In this document: piece after piece, positions 8,944 to 17,218 of the stretch | Position numbering within the stretch: position 1 is the stretch's first letter | Layout of the letters: each line of letters opens with the position of its first letter | Source: Sumerlaeia bacterium | Lineage (GTDB): Bacteria; Sumerlaeota; Sumerlaeia; SLMS01; JAHLLQ01 | Reading direction: 5' to 3' | Assembly (NCBI GenBank): GCA_040219255.1 | Contig: JAVJSW010000022.1 | Location: 1-21,751, forward strand | DNA length: 21,751 nt | Position numbers and translations under genes: made by a program | The notes under the pieces: model-generated | What the model was told of the DNA's origin: nothing | Database searches by the model: none | Seen by the model: only the letters and a program-made list of their open reading frames with translations

Positions 8944-10471
8944 AAGTCAGATTTCCTTTGTCTGGAATTCGAAGCATTTGCTCCAGGAGTGTGGGGTAGG
9001 TGTAGCGGTACTGATCGAAATGAATCAGATGAGTCCCCCGAATGCGGGGCGTGCCGGGATGATACATTCCCGAGGGGAAGAGCAGCGCCGCCTCGGGCCG
9101 GTCGGCGCCCCGGACGAGACCGTCCTTTCCAAAGACCGAGACTGTTTCTCCACCCCAAGGCAGCAGTTCCAGATCGCGTGAGGGAAGTTGATCGTAAGCC
9201 AGCGTTTCCCGGGCGGCGGGAACGGACTCGGTGAATCGGACGGCCGCAATCAGGTGGAATCCGCTCCGCACCCAAACCACCGGATGAGGTTGCGCCGGCG
9301 AAAACCGGCCACCGGTTTCGGGAATGGCGGGATCGATGCGGCCTTTGATGTGCCGGGCCAGAACGAAATCCCCCTGCTCCGGCGTACCATGGGCTTGCTT
9401 GGCGGCTTCCTCCAAATCATCGAGGGGATAGATCCGGTGATAGCATCCGCAGGCGTAAACCGCCTCCGAAACAAGAGGCCGATGGGTGGCGTCGAGCGTG
9501 ATGCGCACGAGTTGGCCTTCGGCGCGGCCCGCTTCCGGATCGCGAGCTTTCAATTCGGGATGGTCGTGATACCAGAAGGAGTAGTTGAGTTGGGTCAGCC
9601 AGCGCCCCCCCACATAGGCGTGCGTCAGATGCCCATAGACTGTGGGTTGGGATTCATCGACTTCCGCCACCGGATCGCCCGATCGATCAGGGATCAGACC
9701 CACTCGCCCGATCGAGTCGTCGCGGCGGTCGGGAGGCGATTCGCCGGGAATTTCCTGGACAATCAGGGGCGCGTAGAGCTGGAGCAGTTCCTCCTCGGTG
9801 GCGCCCGCCAAGTGATCCAGTATGGCCTGGTCGCCCGAGGTGTCGGGTTCGTAGAGGCGTTGTGCGGCGAAGTCGCGCCAATTGGCGCCGCGCCACTCGT
9901 GCTTCGCGTGATTGGCGATCCAGAGCTTGACGAAGGGAACCGCCGGCAACGTAGCCAGCATGCGCAGGGTCTTGCCATGATTCGTGTCAGGGAGTTCGGC
10001 GGAATCGAGTAACTGCTGCGCCCACTCGCGGCGGTCCTCGGGCGAGTGGAGAGCGGCGAGACGGGACTGTTCCGCGATGCCTTGCTTGGCCAGGGCGCGG
10101 GTCATTTCGGGCGCTTGGGCGAGCCCAGCGCTTCCGACCACAAAGTCTTCGCGCCCCTTCGCCAGCATCAGATCCAGGGTTTCCTGGGCGGTCGGGGTAA
10201 ACCGGTCTGGCTGGTCGGCCAGGGCCTTCAACTGCTCCAGTCGGAAAACGATCTCGGCGTTGACCCCGAGCCACGGGCGCCCGGCGATTCCGCGATGCGT
10301 GACGTTCCAGGTTCGTGAGTTCTGTTCCATCCGTTTCGCCGCATCGAGCAATTCGCGGTCGGGTCTTGAGTCCGACCGCCGATTCGCCAAGCCGGCGGCG
10401 CATCCACTGAGAGCCATAGCTCCGGAGCACACCAGGATCAGGAACATCAATCGATAGGGGGGTCTCAGCAT
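8879..10471 (-). CDS. Lipoprotein of unknown function with an ACGCYH motif
   Basis: Lipobox LSG-C. Start placed at ATG 10471 (GAGGT RBS; ATG 10492 is too close to the sigma54 site). C-terminal domain has PTVY...LTQLNYSFWY...RITLD...ACGCYH. Confidence 0.8.
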   Translation of the reverse strand: MLRPPYRLMFLILVCSGAMALSGCAAGLANRRSDSRPDRELLDAAKRMEQNSRTWNVTHRGIAGRPWLGVNAEIVFRLEQLKALADQPDRFTPTAQETLDLMLAKGREDFVVGSAGLAQAPEMTRALAKQGIAEQSRLAALHSPEDRREWAQQLLDSAELPDTNHGKTLRMLATLPAVPFVKLWIANHAKHEWRGANWRDFAAQRLYEPDTSGDQAILDHLAGATEEELLQLYAPLIVQEIPGESPPDRRDDSIGRVGLIPDRSGDPVAEVDESQPTVYGHLTHAYVGGRWLTQLNYSFWYHDHPELKARDPEAGRAEGQLVRITLDATHRPLVSEAVYACGCYHRIYPLDDLEEAAKQAHGTPEQGDFVLARHIKGRIDPAIPETGGRFSPAQPHPVVWVRSGFHLIAAVRFTESVPAARETLAYDQLPSRDLELLPWGGETVSVFGKDGLVRGADRPEAALLFPSGMYHPGTPRIRGTHLIHFDQYRYTYPTLLEQMLRIPDKGNLTYDLAAYRHHHSADADRMRGEL

Positions 10472-10510
10472 CAAAGGCACCTCGCGAGCCATCGGACTAA
10501 CCTGGTTTTC

Positions 10511-10526
10511 GGCAAGGTCTCTGCCA
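10511..10526 (-). promoter_or_regulatory. sigma54 (-24/-12) promoter for the leftward lipoprotein operon
   Basis: Minus strand TGGCAGAGACCTTGCC = GG-N10-GC, close to the consensus TGGCAC-N5-TTGC; 40 bp upstream of ATG 10471. Confidence 0.8.
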
Positions 10527-10566
10527 CGCGGAAATCCCGGCAGAAGGCGGTGAAGGGCACTTGGTT

Positions 10567-10606
10567 CCGGTAAGAGCTATAGGACTCGATCTGTAAGAAC
10601 TTCCCG
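10567..10606. promoter_or_regulatory. Candidate tandem enhancer (UAS) for the NtrC-family activator
   Basis: CCGGTAAGAGCTATAGG (10567-10583) and TCTGTAAGAACTTCCCG (10590-10606), 23-bp period, midway between two sigma54 sites. Confidence 0.55.
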
Positions 10607-10656
10607 ATTTGACGCCGCTTCCCCCGGCAAGGGCCGTTTCGGGGCGGACACCCGCT

Positions 10657-10672
10657 TGGACTCGCCCTTGCA
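10657..10672 (+). promoter_or_regulatory. sigma54 (-24/-12) promoter for the TPR-HEAT-kinase-regulator operon
   Basis: TGGACTCGCCCTTGCA = GG-N10-GC with TTGCA, followed by AAGGAGG RBS (10693-10699) and ATG 10708. Confidence 0.7.
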
Positions 10673-10707
10673 CTGAGGGGCGAGGCTCTTGAAAGGAGGC
10701 CTCCTCT

Positions 10708-11490
10708 ATGTTTTCGCGAATCTCCTGGATTGCGCTCCTGTGCGTCGCCCTCACCGCTTTGGCGGGCGCCGCCGAGCCGGAGTCCGCTCCCGCCGCGCCT
10801 TCCCTCGCTGAACGTCTCGAAACGGCCGTGCGATCCAGCGACGATGCCCGGATCGAGAAGGTTCATCAGGACGTTCTGGCGGCGGCGGAACGGGAAGCCA
10901 ATCAGTACGAATGGCGTATCCTGGCCGCAAAGGGCTATCTGGCGCGGGCGGATTTGCTCCGCGTTCAACGGCAAATGGGAAAGGTCAGCGAAGAGGAAAA
11001 CTCGGCGATGCGCGAACAACAGGCGATCTGGGGCAAGGCCGGCGCCGAACACGCCGAGGCCGCCAAACGCTTGGCCACCACGGACCAGGAAAAATCGGAA
11101 GCTTATCGTCTCTCTGGCGAATGCACGGTCCATCGAATCAACGGACCTTTCGCCGGGATGCGCTATGGCCCCACCGCCAAGTCGGACATCGAGTACGCCC
11201 TGGAAAAGAATCCAGAGAATTGGGAGGCGCACCGCGCCCAGGGGCTCATGTTCCTCAACAATCCACCCATCAACGGCGGAGACCTGGACAAGGCTCTCGA
11301 AACATTCTCCGAATGCGCGGAGAATGATGGGGACCGCGACGCGTATCACGCCTTGCTGGCGCAAACCTGGATGAAGAAGGATCGCCCTGAACGGGCCCGT
11401 CTGGAAGTCCAAAAGGCTCTGGCCGGCAACCCGGATAATCTGTTGGCGCGACTGACCAAAGAGCGTCTGGAGGAACGGAAAGCATGGTAA
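10708..11490 (+). CDS. Exported TPR protein
   Basis: Strong RBS; Sec signal (…TALAGA-AEP). TPR-like helices 'IEYALEKNPENWEAH', 'PPINGGDLDKALETF' and 'VQKALAGNPDN'. Confidence 0.85.
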   Translation: MFSRISWIALLCVALTALAGAAEPESAPAAPSLAERLETAVRSSDDARIEKVHQDVLAAAEREANQYEWRILAAKGYLARADLLRVQRQMGKVSEEENSAMREQQAIWGKAGAEHAEAAKRLATTDQEKSEAYRLSGECTVHRINGPFAGMRYGPTAKSDIEYALEKNPENWEAHRAQGLMFLNNPPINGGDLDKALETFSECAENDGDRDAYHALLAQTWMKKDRPERARLEVQKALAGNPDNLLARLTKERLEERKAW

Positions 11491-11939
11491 CCGGTTCCCT
11501 TCGCGCCTTGGCGCTCCTCGCCTGCTTCTTGATGATGATGGTTGCCGCCGGGTGCTCATCGACCCGGGCGTTGCGGAGCGGCGACTATGGCAGTGTGGCG
11601 CCCGATGACCTGGTGAAAGCCGGCAAGTCGCACGACAGCGAACTGGCACCGCCGCTGCGGCAACTGCTGGAAACGCGCCTGAACCAGGGCGAGGACGCCG
11701 TTTCCGAAGACCAGGCCATCGAGGCCGTGATCGCCTTGGGCAAGGTGGGCGGAAGACGCGACTCGGCGATCCTGCTAAAGGTCCTGGAGACCGAGCCCTC
11801 GGCCGACGTGCGCTTCTTCGCCGTCGATGCGCTGCATGCCCTCGACGCCGTGGCCTTTCAAGAGGCTGCTCCGCGATTGCGCGAGAGCGAAGGCAGCGAT
11901 CTTGTCCGTGGACGCTACGATCAACCCCTGGCGCCATGA
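11484..11939 (+). CDS. HEAT-repeat lipoprotein
   Basis: Lipobox AAG-C. HEAT-like repeats 'EAVIALGKVG...LLKVLETEPSADVRFFAVDAL'. Overlaps the upstream stop by 7 nt. Confidence 0.8.
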   Translation: MVTGSLRALALLACFLMMMVAAGCSSTRALRSGDYGSVAPDDLVKAGKSHDSELAPPLRQLLETRLNQGEDAVSEDQAIEAVIALGKVGGRRDSAILLKVLETEPSADVRFFAVDALHALDAVAFQEAAPRLRESEGSDLVRGRYDQPLAP

Positions 11940-12027
11940 TCGCTTCGCCGGACCCGCCTTTGAGCTTTCGGCGGCGGCGCGATCGAGATATTCTCCATCC
12001 TCGGTATCCCGTCGGAGGTCCGGCCCG

Positions 12028-13878
12028 ATGTCCCTCAAGGCCCGTTTTTTTCTACTCACGCTCATTTTCCTGAGCTTGACCGCCGCGTTCTGCGTCGTTC
12101 TCAGCCGCCGAAACGGGGACCTGCGCTCCGCCCGCCACCATATCGAAGACGACTGGATTGAAATCCGTCATCTGCTGGAGTTGGAGCAGGCTCTCAATTA
12201 CGTTCACGGCGAGATCGAAACCAATGGCGTCCGGACGGACCGGGCGCTGGCGAGCGGCTACCTCCAGCAGGCCGTGGAGCACTCGGAGAAAATTCGCGAT
12301 CATGCCCAATCGGACCTCGTGGGCGAGAGCGGTGAGCGTGATGAACTGACCGCCCTAGCCGCTTTGGAAACCAATCTGGAGCGGTGGCAACAGTTCCTCG
12401 ACACCGCCACCTTCGACTCCTCGGACATTCGCGAGATGAATGAACTCCACAAGCAAAGTATGCTGGCTTCCAATCTCTACAGCCGAGGAGCGTTGCGGGA
12501 ACTCGAAGGGTCCATCGGTCGGCTGGATCGAACGGAAGACTTGATCAGCGCGCTCCTGCGCAATTGGTCCGTGGGCATGATCATGCTCCTGGTCTTCACT
12601 TGGGCGGGCTTCGGAATCTGGCTGATTCGTCCCATCCGGAATCTGCGTACTATGGTCGCCCAGGTGCGCGCGCGACAGTACGACGCGATCACTTCGAAGA
12701 AGGCAACCGGCGAAATCGGCGAAGTCATCCTCTCGGTACAGGAAATGGCCCAGGAAATTCAATCCTTCACCACTGGCTTGGAACAGCGCGTTCATGAACG
12801 AACTCGGGAACTCGAAGCTTCCCGCCACCAACTCCGCACCATGCTCGATCATCTCCCCGACGCCGTGGGGCTGGTGGGCCCCGGCAACCGGGTCTTGATG
12901 GCTAACGAGACCTACCACCTGCTCTTTGGCGAGAACGGCTCTTCGCCCGCCGCCTCGCTCCGCCAAGCCCCCCGCACGCCCCATGGTTATTTCCTATGGG
13001 AAGATGAACATGCGGTGTCCTACGTGCTCGACGCGCAAAGCTTCGAGCTGCCCGGCGGCGAGGACGGCGACACCATCGTGCTGGAGCACATCCGTGACAT
13101 GACCCGCCAAACGGGGGTTGAGCGAGCTCTGGCCTCTTCGCAGAAGCTGGCCGCCATCGGCCGCATCGCTTCCGGCATGGCCCACGAAATCAACAATCCC
13201 CTCACGGCCATCGGAGCCTGCGCGGAGGGTTTGATGAGGCGCATCGACCGCCCGGAACTCGATCACGAGACCTTTCGCGATTACCTGCGAACGATCCGCG
13301 ACGAAGTCTTCCGCTGTAAGGAAATCACCGAGGGACTGCTCGATCTGTCGCGCCAACGGGGACAGGCTCTGATAAATTGTTCTCCATCCGCCATCATCAC
13401 CGAAATCGTGCGGTTGGTCGCCCAGCTCGCGGACAAGAAGGGCATCGATCTTGTCTGGAACGAAGCCGGCGAATTGGAAATCATAACGAGTCCCTCCGCT
13501 CTGCGGCAGATCGTCCTCAATCTGACGCTCAATGCCATTGAAGCCTGCGAGGAGGATGGCCGGATCGAATTCCATTTGGAGCCCGAGAACGACCAGCTTG
13601 TGCTCACGATCGAGGACAACGGGCGAGGCATCCGGGGCGAGGATTTACCACAGATTTTCGAACCCTTCTTCAGCCGACGGCGCGACGAATCGGGAACGGG
13701 CCTTGGACTCTACGTTTGTCAAAGCCTGGCCGACGCCATCGGAGGGGTTCTTTCGGCGGAGAGCGCCGGTTTGGGCCAAGGGGCGTTATTCGCACTACGC
13801 CTGCCTTTGACCTCGCGCCAAGCGGCGGGTCCCATCGATCATCGATTCGAATCGAACGAAAGGATCGCTCATGTCTGA
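12028..13878 (+). CDS. Membrane sensor histidine kinase (TM - periplasmic helical sensor - TM - HAMP - PAS-like - HisKA - HATPase)
   Basis: Start placed at ATG 12028 (GGAGG RBS). H-box AHEINNPL, N-box QIVLNLTLNA, G1 DNGRGI, F-box IFEPFF, G2 GTGLGL. Confidence 0.95.
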   Translation: MSLKARFFLLTLIFLSLTAAFCVVLSRRNGDLRSARHHIEDDWIEIRHLLELEQALNYVHGEIETNGVRTDRALASGYLQQAVEHSEKIRDHAQSDLVGESGERDELTALAALETNLERWQQFLDTATFDSSDIREMNELHKQSMLASNLYSRGALRELEGSIGRLDRTEDLISALLRNWSVGMIMLLVFTWAGFGIWLIRPIRNLRTMVAQVRARQYDAITSKKATGEIGEVILSVQEMAQEIQSFTTGLEQRVHERTRELEASRHQLRTMLDHLPDAVGLVGPGNRVLMANETYHLLFGENGSSPAASLRQAPRTPHGYFLWEDEHAVSYVLDAQSFELPGGEDGDTIVLEHIRDMTRQTGVERALASSQKLAAIGRIASGMAHEINNPLTAIGACAEGLMRRIDRPELDHETFRDYLRTIRDEVFRCKEITEGLLDLSRQRGQALINCSPSAIITEIVRLVAQLADKKGIDLVWNEAGELEIITSPSALRQIVLNLTLNAIEACEEDGRIEFHLEPENDQLVLTIEDNGRGIRGEDLPQIFEPFFSRRRDESGTGLGLYVCQSLADAIGGVLSAESAGLGQGALFALRLPLTSRQAAGPIDHRFESNERIAHV

Positions 13879-15268
13879 GCGCGATGAGCCCACCGTCGTC
13901 CTGGTGGACGATGAAGCCAACATCCGCCGCATTCTGGCCCGCGAGTTGGAAAACCTGGGGCTAAAGACGCACGCCTGCGAAGACGCCGCAGCCGCTCGAA
14001 AGCTCCTCAAGGACGTCGATCCCGATGTCATCGTGCTCGATGTCCGTCTGCCAGGCGTGAAGGGCGATGCCTTCCTGGAGGAATTGCGCCAGACGGCGCC
14101 CCGCGTCCCCGTTATCATGCTGACTGGCCACGCCAACATCGATCTGGCCGTGAAGTGCATGAAGAGCGGGGCTGTCGATCTGCTGACAAAGCCCTGCTCG
14201 ATCGAGCATCTTGAGCTCTCCATCCGCCGCGCCATCGAGAATCGCCAGCTCAAGGAACAGACGCAAACGATCACTCGCCACGCCCAGCCCCGGCGGCCGT
14301 TGCCGGATCTGGTGGGGTCGTCGCCCAAGATGGCGAAGCTGCGGCGCCTGATCGAAAAAGTCGCCGGATCGGAGGAAGCCATCCTGATCGGGGGCGAGAG
14401 CGGCACCGGCAAAGAACTGATCGCCCAAGCCATTCAACGCCGCAGCCGCCGCTCCCAGGCGCCCTATATCACGGTGAACTGCGCCGCCGTCACCGAGACA
14501 CTCCTGGAGAGCGAGTTGTTCGGCCACGAAAAGGGAGCCTTTAGCGGAGCGGAAGACCGGCGTCTCGGCTTCTTCGAAATCGCCAGCGGCGGCACGCTCT
14601 TTCTGGATGAAATCGGCGACATGCCTCTCTCCATGCAGCCCAAACTGCTGCGTGTGCTGCAATCCGGCGAGTTCCGCCGCGTGGGGGGCAGCAAGACCCT
14701 CCACGCCGATGTGCGCATCATCGCCGCCACGAACAAGGACCTCTTCGAAGAAGTGCGCGAAGGGCGCTTTCGCGAGGACCTGATGCACCGCATCAACACA
14801 ATCATGCTGGAAGCACCGGCACTGCGGGACCACATTGAGGACCTGGAAGAGCTCATCGCCTTTGTGGCGCGCGATTCGGGCGAGCCGGAAGGCCGCAAGA
14901 CGTTCCAGCGGGAAACCCTCGATGTCATGCGGGTCTATCGTTGGCCTGGCAACATCCGCGAACTCCGCAATGTCGTCCGGCGAGCCTTCATCCTCTCGGA
15001 AGGCGATGAAATCGAACCGGAAGACCTGCCTCCCCACGTTCGATCAAGGGGTACCAATGGCCGGGGGTCCGCCGCCGAACCGGCCCGCGATCACGTTTTC
15101 GATTCCGAATTGACTCTGGCCGACTTGGAGAAACGCCACATCCTGGCGATGCTCGACGCCAAGGACGGAAACAAGACCCAGGCGGCCCGAGCGTTGGGCG
15201 TTTCGGTCAAAACGCTCTACAACAAGCTCGAAGCCTGGAATGCGGAACTGGAGGACAACTTGAATTGA
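13871..15268 (+). CDS. sigma54-dependent response regulator (NtrC/AtoC family: REC - AAA+ - Fis HTH)
   Basis: REC (LVDDE, VLDVRLP, KP), Walker A GESGTGKE, GAFSGA loop, Walker B LFLDEI, FREDL, WPGNIREL, HTH GNKTQAARALGVSVKTLYNKL. Confidence 0.97.
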   Translation: MSERDEPTVVLVDDEANIRRILARELENLGLKTHACEDAAAARKLLKDVDPDVIVLDVRLPGVKGDAFLEELRQTAPRVPVIMLTGHANIDLAVKCMKSGAVDLLTKPCSIEHLELSIRRAIENRQLKEQTQTITRHAQPRRPLPDLVGSSPKMAKLRRLIEKVAGSEEAILIGGESGTGKELIAQAIQRRSRRSQAPYITVNCAAVTETLLESELFGHEKGAFSGAEDRRLGFFEIASGGTLFLDEIGDMPLSMQPKLLRVLQSGEFRRVGGSKTLHADVRIIAATNKDLFEEVREGRFREDLMHRINTIMLEAPALRDHIEDLEELIAFVARDSGEPEGRKTFQRETLDVMRVYRWPGNIRELRNVVRRAFILSEGDEIEPEDLPPHVRSRGTNGRGSAAEPARDHVFDSELTLADLEKRHILAMLDAKDGNKTQAARALGVSVKTLYNKLEAWNAELEDNLN

Positions 15269-15933
15269 GCGAGCCACTGGCGCGCTTCGGCACCGAGGGC
15301 TTCGCCTTGTCCGACAAACAAGTGGTCCGTGTCCGGTATTATCCGAACCGAGGGCGACTGCCGGCCGAGCCCCGTGTGGATTCGTAGCTCTTCCTCCGTG
15401 ATCGCGAAGTCATTCTCGGCAAGCAGCACAACGCTCCCCAGGATCAGCCGCACGGGCGCCTGGAGCGCCCGCAACGGCGGGCTAACAGCAAGGGCGGGAG
15501 TCTTCAGCTCCTCCGCCTGGGACAAGGCGATCAGCGCTCCATAGGAATAGCCACCCACCGCCACAATTCCCACGTCCGTCCCCAACGGCAACTCGCGCAG
15601 GAGCCGGGCCACCCGGCGGGCATCCGCCATGTCGGGGGCGGTGCGGGGGTCGAAACGCTGGTCCGTCCAGAAGGCTTCACGAGCCGCCCCGGCCTCTCTC
15701 GAGGCGCTCTCTCCCAAGACTCGGTACTGCCAGACGAGGGCGGCGTATCCCAAGCCAGCGCAGGCATCGAGGAGCGCCAGAATGACCGGATGATCCATCG
15801 TGCCGCCAAGGAGCGGGTGGGGCGCGTGGAGCAGCATCCTCCCGGCGGCGATCGTTCCCTCGGGATAGACGAGGAGCCCCTCGATGGCACCGCTTTCCGC
15901 GGTCAAGACGACGCGTTCGTGCACGAGCTTCAT
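15217..15933 (-). CDS. Alpha/beta-fold hydrolase (COG2945-like)
   Basis: Start placed at ATG 15933 (ATGA overlap with the aminotransferase stop). HPLLGGTMDHPV, nucleophile elbow GYSYG, Asp in AEND, His in DTDHLF. Confidence 0.85.
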   Translation of the reverse strand: MKLVHERVVLTAESGAIEGLLVYPEGTIAAGRMLLHAPHPLLGGTMDHPVILALLDACAGLGYAALVWQYRVLGESASREAGAAREAFWTDQRFDPRTAPDMADARRVARLLRELPLGTDVGIVAVGGYSYGALIALSQAEELKTPALAVSPPLRALQAPVRLILGSVVLLAENDFAITEEELRIHTGLGRQSPSVRIIPDTDHLFVGQGEALGAEARQWLAQFKLSSSSAFQASSLL

Positions 15934-17192
15934 CGCGAGCCCGCCAGCGGGGAGCAATCGAGGGCCAGGGCTTCGCTGACTTGGCTGACAGCGTATTCCA
16001 TCTGGGCTTCGGTCACGATGAGGGGTGGTTCGAAGGTCAAGACATTGCGATGAGCACCCGTCTTGCCGGCCAGGATTCCGCAGTGCCTGAGTCTCATCAG
16101 CAAGGCATCGCAAAGGGTCGGATCGGGCGAGCCATCCTCCTGGCGCAGTTCCACGCCGATCATCAGCCCTTTGCCTCGGACCTCGGCGATTCTGGGGTCG
16201 TTGACCGTAGCCAGCAGGGCGCGGAAGAATCGGCCCTTTGCTTCCGCCGCCGAGGTCAGATTTGCGCGTTCGATGACCTCGATCACCTTTCGGGCCGCCG
16301 CCATGGCCACGAGGTTTCCCCCAAAGGTCGAGGCCTGGGGAGACGTCACCGCTCTCGCCACCTCCTCGGTCGCCAGCCAGGCCGCGACCGGCAACCCATT
16401 CCCAAGGGCCTTCGCCACCGACATCAGGTCCGGGGAAACATCCCAGTGCTCCATCCCGAACCATCGGCCCGTCCGGCCAAAACCGGTTTGAACTTCATCG
16501 GCAATGAGCAGGATTCCATGGCGATTCAGCAGGTCCTTCAAACGCCGGAAATACGCTGGCGGAGGGACCAAGATGCCTCCGTTGCCACAGATGGGCTCGG
16601 CGATAAAGGCCGCGAAGCGCTCGGCTCCCGTCGTTTGAATCACGTCTTCCAACGCCGCGAAGTGTTCCTCGATCGGTTGCAGCGCCGGGTGTTCGACAAA
16701 CTGGACCACCGGCGGCGGAAAGGGGTCCGCGCGCCACATCGCCACGCCCGTCGCCGCCAAGGTGAGCGAAGTGCGCCCGTGCAATCCCGGGCGAAACGCG
16801 AGAAAACCGGGACGCCCCGTCGCGATCCGCGCCGCCACCAGGGCGCCTTCATTGGCACCGCTACCGTCGGCACAGAAAAACACGCGGGAAATCGGCTCCG
16901 GCGCGAGACGAACCAGGTCCTCAGCCAGCGCGATCGGCAACTCCGACAGGTAGATCGAAGTCGTGTGCTGCAGCGAATTCATCTGTGCGGAGGCGGCGGC
17001 GGTCACCTCCGGGTGGCAGTGCCCCAGGCTGTTCACGGCGACGCCCGCGAAGAAATCCAGGTACTGGCGGCCCTCCCGATCCCAAACCGTCATGCCTTGA
17101 CCGCGAACGAGTTCCAGCGGGTTGTCGCCGTAGAAATGATAGAGGCAGGGCATCATCACCCGGCGTTTGCGTTCCAGCAGACTGGCAGTCAT
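15930..17192 (-). CDS. Class III PLP-dependent aminotransferase (omega-transaminase; GabT/ArgD/AGXT2-like)
   Basis: YLDFFAGVAVNSLGHCHP, GSGANE, HGRT, AEPICGNGG, ADEVQTGFGRTG, PLP lysine in SVAKALGNG, STFGGN. Start is ATG 17192 or GTG 17216. Confidence 0.95.
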   Translation of the reverse strand: MTASLLERKRRVMMPCLYHFYGDNPLELVRGQGMTVWDREGRQYLDFFAGVAVNSLGHCHPEVTAAASAQMNSLQHTTSIYLSELPIALAEDLVRLAPEPISRVFFCADGSGANEGALVAARIATGRPGFLAFRPGLHGRTSLTLAATGVAMWRADPFPPPVVQFVEHPALQPIEEHFAALEDVIQTTGAERFAAFIAEPICGNGGILVPPPAYFRRLKDLLNRHGILLIADEVQTGFGRTGRWFGMEHWDVSPDLMSVAKALGNGLPVAAWLATEEVARAVTSPQASTFGGNLVAMAAARKVIEVIERANLTSAAEAKGRFFRALLATVNDPRIAEVRGKGLMIGVELRQEDGSPDPTLCDALLMRLRHCGILAGKTGAHRNVLTFEPPLIVTEAQMEYAVSQVSEALALDCSPLAGSR

Positions 17193-17218
17193 GTGCGAAC
17201 CATCCTTTGCGGACACGA

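Noticed and set aside
10471-11937. 488-aa minus-strand ORF
   Set aside because: Antisense to two well-supported genes and runs through the promoter region; Arg/Pro-rich shadow.
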